A stretch of DNA of 64,000 nt from Pseudomonadota bacterium (GCA_040755535.1 JBFMAV010000012.1:15002-79001); one strand, 5' to 3'; positions 19,674-28,398 are shown, numbered from the stretch's first letter. Numbers and translations are program-made. Notes: generated by a model from the letters alone, not told the origin.

Positions 19674-20662
19674 GTGTGCGGTTTTCGCGCATCGGCGTCG
19701 CGGGCGCCGGCTCCTGGGGCACCGCGCTCGCCAATGCCGCCACCCGCGCGGGGCGCGAGGTGGTGCTGTGGGGGCGTGACGCGCAGCAGGCCGCCGACAT
19801 GGCGCAAACGCGGGAGAATGCGCGGGGCCTGCCCGGCGTGCGCCTGGAAGCCGGCGTAACCCCGACCGGAGCGCTCGGCGATCTGACCGCCTGCGATGCG
19901 GTGCTTCTGGTGGTGCCCGCCCAGGCGAGCCGGGCGGTCGCCGCCGCGCTGGCGGAGGTTCTGCCGGCCGGGACACCGCTCGTGACCTGCGCCAAGGGAA
20001 TCGAGCGCGGCACCCATGCCTTCATGACGCAGGTCCTCAGCGAGGCCGCGCCGGCCTTGCCGCCGGCCGTCCTGTCCGGTCCGAGCTTCGCCGTGGACGT
20101 CGCCCATGGCCTGCCTACCGCCGTCACGCTGGCCGCCCCGGACGCCAATATGGCGCGGGATCTCTGCACCGCCCTCGGATCTGCGAGCTTTCGCCTGTAT
20201 CACTCCAGCGATGTGCGGGGCGTGGAGATCGGCGGGGCGGCGAAGAATGTGCTCGCCATCGCCGCCGGGATCGTCGCGGGGCGCAAGCTCGGCGCCAGCG
20301 CGGGCGCGGCGCTGATCGCGCGGGGCTTTGCGGAACTCTCGCGCTTCGGCGTCGCGTTCGGCGCGCGGGCGGAAACCTTGACCGGGCTGTCGGGCCTCGG
20401 CGATCTCATTCTCACCGCCTCCAGCGCGCAATCGCGCAATTTTGCCCTTGGCCATGCGCTGGGCGAGGGCCGGCGCCCCGAGGGCAAGCTGGCGGAAGGC
20501 GCCTTTACCGCGACCGTCCTCATGGAAATGGCGCGGGCGCACGACATCGACATGCCCATCTGCGCCGCCGTGGAGGCGGTGATCGATGACCGGCTCACCA
20601 TTTCGGCGGCAGTGGCGGAGCTGATGGCCAGGCCGCAACGCTCGGAGATGGTCGAAGACTGA
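19670..20662 (+). CDS. gpsA: NAD(P)H-dependent glycerol-3-phosphate dehydrogenase
   Basis: ATG 19670 overlaps the tsaD stop (ATGA). It has the [14 protein letters not shown] Rossmann motif. Track ORF 19337..20662 was trimmed. Confidence 0.93.
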   Translation: MSVRFSRIGVAGAGSWGTALANAATRAGREVVLWGRDAQQAADMAQTRENARGLPGVRLEAGVTPTGALGDLTACDAVLLVVPAQASRAVAAALAEVLPAGTPLVTCAKGIERGTHAFMTQVLSEAAPALPPAVLSGPSFAVDVAHGLPTAVTLAAPDANMARDLCTALGSASFRLYHSSDVRGVEIGGAAKNVLAIAAGIVAGRKLGASAGAALIARGFAELSRFGVAFGARAETLTGLSGLGDLILTASSAQSRNFALGHALGEGRRPEGKLAEGAFTATVLMEMARAHDIDMPICAAVEAVIDDRLTISAAVAELMARPQRSEMVED

Positions 20663-20674
20663 GCGGGGCGCGCT

Positions 20675-21415
20675 TTATCCGCCTGCCATCGCGCCCTTGA
20701 TGACGGCCTGCGCATCCTCGCTCGCCCATTCGGCGGGGCCGGCGAGAAAGCCGATCTCGCAGCCATTGGCATCCACCAGAAGGCTGGTGGGCAGGCCGAA
20801 GCCGCGCCCCACCGCGCGCAGGGCGGAAAAGCTCTTGGTGCCCGGATCGGCATAGAAAGCGAGTGAGCGGTTGCCGATCTCCTTCAGGAAAGCCTGCGGC
20901 TTTTCCGGATCCTTGGTGTCGAGATTGATGGCCACCACCTGGAAGCGGTCGCCGCCCAGCGCCTGCTCCAGATGGTCGAGCGCGGGCATTTCCTTGCGGC
21001 AGGGCACGCACCAGGTGGCCCATAGATTGACCAGCAGCACCTTGCCCTTGAAATCGGCCAGCGTCATCGGCTTGCCGGCGCCATCCGTGAAGCTCAAGGG
21101 CGGAAGGCGGCGCGGCTCCGTGGCGAGCGAGAGAGCTGCGACTTCGCCCTTCACCAGCGGCTTCAGCCGCTCGGCCAGGCTCACCGCCCCGGCGCAGGCG
21201 GGGTCGGCGGCGGAGGTGGACGCCGTGGCCTTTGGCGTGCTGGAGGCCGGATCGGCGGAAGCCGCATTGCGGGGGGTGCCCTCCATCACGTATAGGGCGA
21301 GCGCCCCTGCAAGGGCGCCGGCCAAAACCGCCGCGCCCAGCACCGCGACCATGCGCCCGCGCCCCGCGCGGCGCGGTTCAGCGGTAGGCGGGATCGGCGC
21401 ATTAGGGTCAGTCAT
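20675..21415 (-). CDS. tlpA: membrane-anchored thiol:disulfide oxidoreductase (TlpA-like thioredoxin-fold protein)
   Basis: TM anchor ([22 protein letters not shown]) plus active site WATWCVPC. An alternative start at 21352 (MVAVLG) is possible. Confidence 0.85.
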   Translation of the reverse strand: MTDPNAPIPPTAEPRRAGRGRMVAVLGAAVLAGALAGALALYVMEGTPRNAASADPASSTPKATASTSAADPACAGAVSLAERLKPLVKGEVAALSLATEPRRLPPLSFTDGAGKPMTLADFKGKVLLVNLWATWCVPCRKEMPALDHLEQALGGDRFQVVAINLDTKDPEKPQAFLKEIGNRSLAFYADPGTKSFSALRAVGRGFGLPTSLLVDANGCEIGFLAGPAEWASEDAQAVIKGAMAGG

Positions 21416-21429
21416 CGAGGAGGTCCGTC

Positions 21430-22818
21430 ATGAGCAACAAGATGTGGGGCGGGCGGTTCTCCACGGGCCCGGATGCCATCATGGAGGAGATCAACGCCTC
21501 CATCGGCTTCGACCAGCGTCTTTACGCCCAGGACATCGCCGGCTCCAAGGCCCATGCGGCCATGCTGGCGGCCCAAGGCATCGTGGCGGCGAAGGATGTC
21601 CAGAAGATCCAGAAGGGTCTAGACACGATCCTGTCAGAGATCGAGGCCGGCACCTTCACCTTCCGGCGTGACCTGGAAGACATCCACATGAACGTGGAGC
21701 AGCGGCTCGCGGACCTGATCGGCGCCAGCGCCGGGCGCCTGCACACCGCCCGCTCGCGCAACGACCAGGTGGCCACCGATTTCCGCCTCTATGTGCGCGA
21801 CACGGTTGACGCGCTGGACGCCCAGCTGGCCGACCTGATGCTGGCGCTCGCCGAGAAGGCGCTGGCCCATGCCGCGACCGTCATGCCCGGCTTCACCCAT
21901 CTCCAGACCGCGCAGCCGGTGACCTTCGGCCATCATCTGATGGCCTATGTGGAAATGTTCGCCCGCGACCGGGGCCGGCTGCGCGATGCGCGGGCGCGGC
22001 TGAATGAATGCCCGCTCGGCTCGGCCGCGCTCGCGGGCACCTCCTTCCCCATCGACCGCGAGGCCACCGCCGCCGCGCTCGGCTTCGACCGGCCCACCGC
22101 CAATTCGCTCGATGCCGTGTCCGACCGCGACTTCGTGCTGGAGACGCTGGCGGCGGCCTCCATCTGCGCCATGCATCTCTCGCGCTTCGCCGAGGAAGTG
22201 GTGATCTGGACCTCCCCCTCCTTCGGCCTCATCAAGCTGTCGGACGCCTTCACCACCGGCTCCTCCATCATGCCGCAGAAGCGCAACCCGGACGCTGCGG
22301 AACTCGCGCGCGGCAAGGCGGGGCGCATCATCGGCGCCCTCACGGGCCTGCTCGTGGTGATGAAGGGCCTGCCGCTCGCCTATGCCAAGGACATGCAGGA
22401 AGACAAGGAAGGCGCGTTCGATGCCTTCTCGGCCCTCTCGCTGGTGATCGCCGCCTGCGCCGGGATGGTGCGCGACCTGGAGCCGGACGCCGCCCGCATG
22501 CGCGCCGCCGCCGGCCAGGGCTATTCCACCGCCACGGACCTTGCCGACTGGCTGGTGCGCACGCTGGGCATTCCCTTCCGCGAGGCGCACCACATCACCG
22601 GGCGCATCGTCGCGCTCGCCTCCGACAAGGGCGTCCCTTTGCATCGCCTCTCGCTGGAGGAGATGCAGAGCGTGGACAAGAAGATCACGCAGGATGTCTT
22701 CTCCGTGCTCTCGGTGACGAAGTCGGTGGCAAGCCGCACCTCCTATGGCGGCACCGCGCCGGTGCGGGTGCGCGCACAGGCGCGGCGCTGGCTGAAGAAG
22801 CTCCAGCCCAAGGCCTGA
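21430..22818 (+). CDS. argH: argininosuccinate lyase
   Basis: N-terminus MWGGRFS and the fumarate-lyase signature [12 protein letters not shown]. Confidence 0.97.
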   Translation: MSNKMWGGRFSTGPDAIMEEINASIGFDQRLYAQDIAGSKAHAAMLAAQGIVAAKDVQKIQKGLDTILSEIEAGTFTFRRDLEDIHMNVEQRLADLIGASAGRLHTARSRNDQVATDFRLYVRDTVDALDAQLADLMLALAEKALAHAATVMPGFTHLQTAQPVTFGHHLMAYVEMFARDRGRLRDARARLNECPLGSAALAGTSFPIDREATAAALGFDRPTANSLDAVSDRDFVLETLAAASICAMHLSRFAEEVVIWTSPSFGLIKLSDAFTTGSSIMPQKRNPDAAELARGKAGRIIGALTGLLVVMKGLPLAYAKDMQEDKEGAFDAFSALSLVIAACAGMVRDLEPDAARMRAAAGQGYSTATDLADWLVRTLGIPFREAHHITGRIVALASDKGVPLHRLSLEEMQSVDKKITQDVFSVLSVTKSVASRTSYGGTAPVRVRAQARRWLKKLQPKA

Positions 22819-22824
22819 GCGCGC

Positions 22825-23463
22825 ATGGGCGGGCCGCGCTTCGATGATGCGTTCCGCGACCGCCTGCGGGATCTGCTGGTCTGGCGGCGGGATGTGCGGG
22901 CCTTCCGCACCGATCCCCTGCCGGAGGGCACGCTGGAGCGGCTGATCGAGACCGCCGCCCTTGCGCCTTCGGTAGGGCTCAGCGAGCCGTGGCGGTTCGT
23001 GATCGTGGAAGATCGCGCGCGGCGCGCCCGGGTCCGCGCCTCCTTTGCCGCCTGCAACGCCGACGCCCTCGCCCGGCAGAAGGGGGAGCGCGCGGCCACC
23101 TATGCCCGCCTGAAGCTCGCCGGCCTGGACGACGCACCGGTTCATCTCGCGGTCTTCTCAGACCCCGGCACCACGCAGGGCCATGGGCTGGGCCGGCTCA
23201 CCATGCCGGAGACCCTTGCCTATTCGGCGGTCATGGCGGTTCACACTTTGTGGCTCGTGGCGCGCGCGCAGGAGATCGGCGTGGGCTGGGTCTCGATTCT
23301 TGATCCCGCCACCATCCAGGCGGCGCTGGACGTGCCGCAAGACTGGACCTTTATCGGCTATTTCTGCATGGGCTACCCGGCCGAGGAGAGCGATACCCCG
23401 ACGCTCCAGACACAGGGATGGGAGCGCCGCCGCGCCGCTTCGGACACCATCCTGCGCCGCTGA
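22825..23463 (+). CDS. bluB: 5,6-dimethylbenzimidazole synthase (BluB, nitroreductase fold)
   Basis: Shows BluB blocks as I recall them from the S. meliloti protein: RRDVRAF, APSVGLSEPWRFV, YARLKLAG, GLGR, LWLVARAQEIGVGWVSI. Confidence 0.82.
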   Translation: MGGPRFDDAFRDRLRDLLVWRRDVRAFRTDPLPEGTLERLIETAALAPSVGLSEPWRFVIVEDRARRARVRASFAACNADALARQKGERAATYARLKLAGLDDAPVHLAVFSDPGTTQGHGLGRLTMPETLAYSAVMAVHTLWLVARAQEIGVGWVSILDPATIQAALDVPQDWTFIGYFCMGYPAEESDTPTLQTQGWERRRAASDTILRR

Positions 23464-23568
23464 CGCTGGGCGGTGCGTGCAATGCGAAAGGTCGGGGCTC
23501 GCCTTTGCCGCCATCGCCGCTATAGTGGCGGCGAATTCGCCGCCGAATTCCAGTGGAAAAGCAGCACC

Positions 23569-23913
23569 GTGCCTGTTCGCCTCCTTCTCCTGTCCTGCGT
23601 CGCAGCCCTGGCCCTTGCCGGCTGCGGCGTGAAGGGTCCGCTCGAGCCGCCCAAGGCCGACACGGCGGCGCCCGCCGCGCAGTCTTCGGCCGGCCAGACG
23701 CCCGCCGGCTCGCCCAGCGCGTCTTCCCCGATGGCGACCACGCCCATGACCAATGCGGACGCGGCGCGCGATGCCGGCGACCAGGCGTGGGGCGCCAACC
23801 CCGTGAGCGTCGGCGGCATCAATCCGCCGGACATGCCGGGCAATTCCGTCTCCATGCCCGCCCCAGCCGCGTCCGCCGCGAAGAAGGGCTTCTTCCTCGA
23901 CTTCCTGCTCTGA
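23569..23913 (+). CDS. small lipoprotein (LptM/YifL-like lipobox motif) with a long Pro/Ala-rich tail
   Basis: Starts at GTG 23569. The sequence VPVRLLLLSCVAALALAGCGVKGPLEPP carries lipobox LAGC followed by the G-x-KGPL-x-P motif. It lies immediately upstream of lysA. The start is uncertain (the track ORF begins at 23473). Confidence 0.6.
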   Translation: MPVRLLLLSCVAALALAGCGVKGPLEPPKADTAAPAAQSSAGQTPAGSPSASSPMATTPMTNADAARDAGDQAWGANPVSVGGINPPDMPGNSVSMPAPAASAAKKGFFLDFLL

Positions 23914-23925
23914 GCGCAGGTCCCC

Positions 23926-25203
23926 ATGCATCATTTCGATTATCGCAACGGCCGCCTTCAGGCCGAGGACGTGGACCTGACCGCGCTCGCGGATGAGGTG
24001 GGCACGCCCTTCTATTGCTATTCCACCGCGACGCTGGAGCGGCACTATCGGGTCTTTACCGAGGCCTTCGCCCAGACCGGCCGCGACGTGCTGCTGTGCT
24101 ATGCGCTGAAAGCCAATTCCAACCAGGCGGTGATCGGCACGCTCGGCCGTCTCGGCGCGGGCGCGGACATCGTGTCCGGCGGGGAATTGAAGCGCGCGCG
24201 CGCCGCCGGCATTCCTCCCGAGCGGATCGTGTTTTCCGGTGTCGGCAAGACGCAGGCGGAGATGGCGGCGGCGCTCGATGCCGGCATCCTGTGCTTCAAT
24301 GTGGAGAGCGAGCCGGAACTCGAAGCCCTCTCCCAAGTGGCGGCGAGCCGTGGCGTCGTGGCGCCCATCTCCATCCGCGTCAATCCGGACGTGGATGCGA
24401 AAACCCACGCGAAGATCTCCACCGGCACGTCAGAGACCAAGTTCGGCATTCCCATCTCGCGCGCCCGCGCCGTCTATGCCGAGGCCGCCCGCCTACCGGG
24501 CATCGCGATCCGCGGCGTCGACATGCATATCGGCAGCCAGATCACCAACATGGCGCCGTTCGAGAATGCGACGCTGCTGCTCGCGGAACTCGCGCGCGAC
24601 CTGCTCGCGGCCGGCCATCAGCTCCATCACATGGATCTCGGCGGCGGGCTCGGCGTGCCCTACAAGGCCTCCGACCCGGTGCCCCCCGCCCCGTCCGCGT
24701 ATGCCGAAGTGGTCAACCGCGCCTTGGGCGACCTGAAGTTGCCGCTGGTGTTCGAGATGGGGCGGATGATCGTCGCCAATGCGGGCATCCTGGTCACCCG
24801 CGTCCTCTATGTGAAGGAGGGCGAGGCGAAGACCTTCGTGATCGCCGATGCGGCCATGAACGACCTCATCCGGCCGACCCTCTATGAGGCCCATCACGAC
24901 ATTGAGCCCGTGCAATTGCCCGCTCTGGGCACCCCGGCGGGGCGCGTCGATGTGGTGGGGCCGGTCTGCGAAACCGGCGATTATCTCGCCCTCGGCCGCG
25001 AGATGCCCCTGCCGCGCCCGGGCGATCTGCTGGCCGTGATGACGGCCGGCGCCTACGGAGCGGTCCAGGCGGGCACCTACAACACCCGCGCCCTTATTCC
25101 CGAAGTTTTGGTGAACGGGGCCGACTGGGCGCTGGTGCGACCGCGCGTCGATGTCGACGCGCTCATCGCCCTCGACCGGCCGGCGCCCTGGCTGCGCGGC
25201 TGA
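23926..25203 (+). CDS. lysA: diaminopimelate decarboxylase
   Basis: 425 aa. Orn/DAP/Arg decarboxylase family blocks YALKAN, HIGSQ, GGGLGVPY and CETGD. Confidence 0.96.
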   Translation: MHHFDYRNGRLQAEDVDLTALADEVGTPFYCYSTATLERHYRVFTEAFAQTGRDVLLCYALKANSNQAVIGTLGRLGAGADIVSGGELKRARAAGIPPERIVFSGVGKTQAEMAAALDAGILCFNVESEPELEALSQVAASRGVVAPISIRVNPDVDAKTHAKISTGTSETKFGIPISRARAVYAEAARLPGIAIRGVDMHIGSQITNMAPFENATLLLAELARDLLAAGHQLHHMDLGGGLGVPYKASDPVPPAPSAYAEVVNRALGDLKLPLVFEMGRMIVANAGILVTRVLYVKEGEAKTFVIADAAMNDLIRPTLYEAHHDIEPVQLPALGTPAGRVDVVGPVCETGDYLALGREMPLPRPGDLLAVMTAGAYGAVQAGTYNTRALIPEVLVNGADWALVRPRVDVDALIALDRPAPWLRG

Positions 25204-25271
25204 CCGGCGGGAGCGACACCTCCCGGAACCGGAGGACAGTCACCGGGTTACTCCCATGAAAGGAGCGGCCC

Positions 25272-25544
25272 ATGACCAGATCTTACGCTGATCGCTCCCG
25301 CTCCGGCGGGGTTCCAGACACTGCCGGCACTGACCTTCCCCATACGGACCCGCGAGATGATGCGCGGGTGATGGGCGACCCGCGCGCCTTCGCGCCGCGA
25401 CTTCCCTCATTCGATTCGCGCGACCGCGCCTCAACGCCCCGATCTCTCCCGGACCAATCGGGATGGCACCTCTGGGGCATGATGGTGGGTTTCATGGCCG
25501 CGGGCGCGGCCATCCTCATCATCCTCTCTCTCAAAGGCGCTTAG
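25272..25544 (+). CDS. small tail-anchored membrane protein, hypothetical
   Basis: ATG 25272 is preceded by AAGGAG at a 6-nt spacing. The 90-aa product has a charged, probably disordered N-terminus and a single extreme C-terminal TM helix (LWGMMVGFMAAGAAILIILSL). I recognise no family. Confidence 0.5.
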   Translation: MTRSYADRSRSGGVPDTAGTDLPHTDPRDDARVMGDPRAFAPRLPSFDSRDRASTPRSLPDQSGWHLWGMMVGFMAAGAAILIILSLKGA

Positions 25545-25590
25545 AGACCGATTCACCGATCAGATTGAATCACCCCGATCGGTGAAACGG
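25544..25590. repeat. copy 1 of a short dispersed repeat (GATTCACC ... TTGAATCACCC) with an internal inverted repeat
   Basis: 25544-25582 matches 49329-49367 at 32 of 39 positions. CCGATTCACCGATC (25548-25561) and GATCGGTGAAACGG (25577-25590) form a 14-bp stem with one mismatch. The copy carries two GANTC sites. Confidence 0.6.
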
Positions 25591-25653
25591 ACTTCATCCG
25601 GGGTGGGTGAACGCGCTCACTTGTATCAGAATGAGACGCGCCCGGCGGAGGTG

Positions 25654-25688
25654 GAACACGCCGCGAACCAAACGCGCGCGAATCGCGC
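25654..25688. promoter_or_regulatory. module 1: GAAC-N7-GAAC box plus G/C hairpin with a GAATC apex
   Basis: GAACacgccgcGAAC at 25654-25668, then 7 nt, then GCGCG-AAT-CGCGC at 25676-25688. Confidence 0.55.
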
Positions 25689-25759
25689 TGGCCTGAAGCG
25701 CCCGAATGTTCGCCTTACGGTCCATTGTCCCAGAGTGAGACCAAGGCGGTCCCGCGCGT

Positions 25760-25795
25760 GAACGCCCCAGGAACAAAAGACGCGCGAATCGCGCG
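25760..25795. promoter_or_regulatory. module 2: GAAC-N7-GAAC box plus G/C hairpin with a GAATC apex
   Basis: GAACgccccagGAAC at 25760-25774, then 6 nt, then CGCGCG-AAT-CGCGCG at 25781-25795. On the minus strand the hairpin is followed by UCUUUUGUU. Confidence 0.55.
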
Positions 25796-25859
25796 CCGGG
25801 CATTTCTCGTGCTTTGTTCTTCCGCGTGCCGTCTCGGGACGACACGCCGCGCGAAAGGA

Positions 25860-25895
25860 GAACCGGGGGCGAACGAAGCGGGACCGAATCGGTCC
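25860..25895. promoter_or_regulatory. module 3: GAAC-N7-GAAC box plus G/C hairpin with a GAATC apex
   Basis: GAACcgggggcGAAC at 25860-25874, then 6 nt, then GGACCG-AAT-CGGTCC at 25881-25895. The stem co-varies relative to modules 1 and 2. Confidence 0.55.
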
Positions 25896-25936
25896 ATGCG
25901 CGGCTTTCTCCCTTTGTCCTTCTCTGAACGGCCCGC

Positions 25937-26131
25937 TCAGCGTCCCATGGCGAAGATGGTCACCATGATCAGCACGATGGCGACGAACTGAAGCAGCACG
26001 CGCCATTGCATGAGTTTTTGCGACCGCTGGGGCGAGCCGCCCGTCGCGAGATTCATGAGGCCGAGGAAGAGAACGCCGGCAACCGCCGCCAATGCGAGCG
26101 GGATCAGCAGATAAATAGACCAGGACACCAT
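25937..26131 (-). CDS. twin transmembrane helix small protein (HIG1-domain family)
   Basis: 64 aa starting at ATG 26131: MVSWSIYLLIPLALAAVAGVLFLGLMNLATGG...KLMQWRVLLQFVAIVLIMVTIFAMGR. This is the typical alphaproteobacterial HIG1-like pattern. The track ORF extension was rejected. Confidence 0.8.
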   Translation of the reverse strand: MVSWSIYLLIPLALAAVAGVLFLGLMNLATGGSPQRSQKLMQWRVLLQFVAIVLIMVTIFAMGR

Positions 26132-26162
26132 GAGCGCACACTCGGCCGCCGCTGGGGCGCCG

Positions 26163-26669
26163 TCAATTGAGGAACAGGATCGCCCCGTTGAGCGAGGCGG
26201 CATAAAGCAGCCAGGGCAGATAGGGCACGAGCAGCCATCCCGCCGTCGCGTCCGCCTTGAAGGCGGCGTGCACCGTGGCCGCGACCAATAGGATGAGCAG
26301 CAGGATCACGAAGAAGCCCGCACCCACCGCATGCAGACCGAAGAAGATGGGCGACCAGGCGGCATTGACCACCAGTTGCGCCAGGAACAGGCCGATGGCC
26401 CGGCTGCGCGCAGGGCTCTCGTCCGCCCGGTCCCACAGCCGCCACAAGGCGATCGCCATGAAGGCGTAGAGCGTCGTCCAGACCAAGGGAAAGGCGACAT
26501 TGGGCGGCGTCCAGGCCGGTTTCTGCAAACCGGCATACCAGCCGGGAATCGCCGGATAGGTGGCGAGCGCGCCGAGCGCGCTCACACCCGCCAGAAGGCC
26601 CCCGCACACGGCAAGGCGCAGGAGGGCGATCGCGAGCGTCTGTCTCGGTTTCATAAGATTGGATGTCAT
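26163..26669 (-). CDS. tspO: tryptophan-rich sensory protein TspO/MBR family
   Basis: 168 aa with 5 TM helices. Blocks LQKPAWTPPNVAFPLVWTTLY and WSPIFFGLH. Confidence 0.92.
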   Translation of the reverse strand: MTSNLMKPRQTLAIALLRLAVCGGLLAGVSALGALATYPAIPGWYAGLQKPAWTPPNVAFPLVWTTLYAFMAIALWRLWDRADESPARSRAIGLFLAQLVVNAAWSPIFFGLHAVGAGFFVILLLILLVAATVHAAFKADATAGWLLVPYLPWLLYAASLNGAILFLN

Positions 26670-26960
26670 GGACGCCCTCGCGCGGCTGGCCTCGTTCTCT
26701 TACGGCTGCGCGGGATGCGCGGATGACCGGCCCGGCCATGGACCAAGGCGCCTTTCCTCATTATGCAACATCCTGCACTGCGTTTCGTTCACGGCGCACC
26801 GGTTCTCGGCTTGAAGCATAACCGGCAGCGAGCTGCGGACGTGCACTGTTCTGGAGCGGCGCATGGTCCCGCCGTGACGCACGGCTGGCTTGAAGCGCCC
26901 TCCGGCCCCTTTTGATGACGGCTCCGCCCCGCGTGGCAGAGCGAGAGTGTCCCGAGGACG

Positions 26961-28289
26961 ATGATGAGCGAAAATACCGGTTCGGCCCCCGCGCGCCTCA
27001 GCGGCGCCGACATGCGCACTCTTGGCCTTTCGGCACTCGGCGGCGCGCTGGAATTCTATGATTTCATCATCTTTGTCTATTTCGTCGTGGTGCTGGGCAA
27101 TCTGTTCTTTCCCTCCGGCATTCCGGATTGGCTGGTCCAGCTCCAGGCCTTCGGCATTTTCGCGGCGGGCTATCTGGCGCGTCCGCTCGGGGGAATCGTG
27201 CTCGCCCATTTCGGCGACCGCCTCGGCCGCAAGCGCATGTTCACCTTATCCATCTTCCTAATGGCCGTTTCCACTTTCGGCATCGCCTGCCTGCCCACCT
27301 TCGCCACCATCGGCCATGCCGCGCCTTTGCTTCTGCTCGCCATGCGGGTGCTTCAGGGCGCGGCCATCGGTGGCGAAGTGCCGGGTGCCTGGGTCTTCGT
27401 CTCCGAACATGTGGCGCGCCGGCGCGTGGGGCTCGCCTGCGGCATCCTCACGGCGGGGCTGACCGCCGGCATTCTCCTGGGCGCGCTGGTGGCGACCGCC
27501 ATCAATCGCAGCTTCTCGGCACAGGAGATCCACGATTACGCCTGGCGCATTCCGTTCGCGCTCGGCGGCATCTTCGGCTTCTGCGCGGTCTATCTGCGCT
27601 CCTGGCTGGCCGAGACGCCGGTGTTCCAGCAGATGAAGGCCCGGCGGGAACTCTCCGCCGGCCTGCCGCTCGCCGTGGTGCTGCGCCACCATTTGCGGGC
27701 GGTGAGCGTGTCCATGCTGCTCACCTGGCTGTTGTCGGCGAGCATCGTGGTGGTGATCCTCATGACGCCCACCCTGCTGCAGACCCGCTACGCCATCCCG
27801 GCGCCCACCGCGCTGACGGCCAATGCCTTCGCCACCTTCTTCCTGACTCTGGGCTGCATCCTCACCGGGGCGCTGTGCGACCTGCTGGGCGCGCGCCGGG
27901 TCCTGGGCTTGGGGTCGCTGGCGCTCGCGGCGGCGGTGGCCGCGCTGTTCTATCTCCTGCCCACGCGCCCCGACCTGCTGCTGCCGCTTTATTCCCTGGC
28001 CGGGCTCACGGTGGGCGCCATCTCCGTGGTGCCCTTCGTGATGGTGCGGGCCTTTCCCCCCGCCGTGGCCTTTTCCGGGGTCTCCTTCTCCTACAATGTC
28101 GCCTATGCCGTGTTCGGCGGGCTCACGCCGCTGGCCGTGACCCTGGCGCTCCAGGTGGATCCCATGGCCCATGCCCATTATGTGCTGGGCCTGTGCGCCG
28201 TCGGGCTGGGGCTCGCGCTCGTGCCCGGCGCGGTCGCAAGTGCGCCGGGAGAAGCGCAACTTAAGGGGTCCCACGGCGCCTCGATGTGA
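26961..28289 (+). CDS. MFS transporter, metabolite:H+ symporter (MHS) type, paralog 1
   Basis: 442 aa with 12 TM helices. Contains the MHS loop motif GGIVLAHFGDRLGRKRMF and QGAAIGGEVPGA. Confidence 0.9.
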   Translation: MMSENTGSAPARLSGADMRTLGLSALGGALEFYDFIIFVYFVVVLGNLFFPSGIPDWLVQLQAFGIFAAGYLARPLGGIVLAHFGDRLGRKRMFTLSIFLMAVSTFGIACLPTFATIGHAAPLLLLAMRVLQGAAIGGEVPGAWVFVSEHVARRRVGLACGILTAGLTAGILLGALVATAINRSFSAQEIHDYAWRIPFALGGIFGFCAVYLRSWLAETPVFQQMKARRELSAGLPLAVVLRHHLRAVSVSMLLTWLLSASIVVVILMTPTLLQTRYAIPAPTALTANAFATFFLTLGCILTGALCDLLGARRVLGLGSLALAAAVAALFYLLPTRPDLLLPLYSLAGLTVGAISVVPFVMVRAFPPAVAFSGVSFSYNVAYAVFGGLTPLAVTLALQVDPMAHAHYVLGLCAVGLGLALVPGAVASAPGEAQLKGSHGASM

Positions 28290-28398
28290 TCGCGACGCCC
28301 CTTTTAAAGGAGAGGGGAGATGGACCGCGCTGATCGACGCCGTGTCTCGGCCCACGCGCGAGGACCGATCCGCCGGGCATTGAAGACGCGAATGGTGC

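Noticed and set aside
19157-23145. Long minus-strand ORFs 19157..20638 and 21634..23145, antisense to tsaD/gpsA and to argH/bluB
   Set aside because: These are shadow ORFs opposite genes with unmistakable family signatures. They have no plausible RBS or domains.
25577-25590. GGTGAAAC within the repeat, resembling half of a parS site (TGTTNCACGTGAAACA)
   Set aside because: Only one half-site is present and the palindromic partner is missing. The sequence is better explained as the inverted arm of the local repeat.
25594-25897. Minus-strand ORFs of 83 aa (25594..25845) and 60 aa (25715..25897), plus ORF 25725..25991 on the plus strand, inside the SOS-box/hairpin array
   Set aside because: The 100 and 106 nt module spacing is not a multiple of 3, so the repeats are read in different frames. 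Conservation is at the nucleotide and structure level (boxes and co-varying stems), not at the protein level. The translations are Arg-rich and featureless. I treat the region as non-coding.
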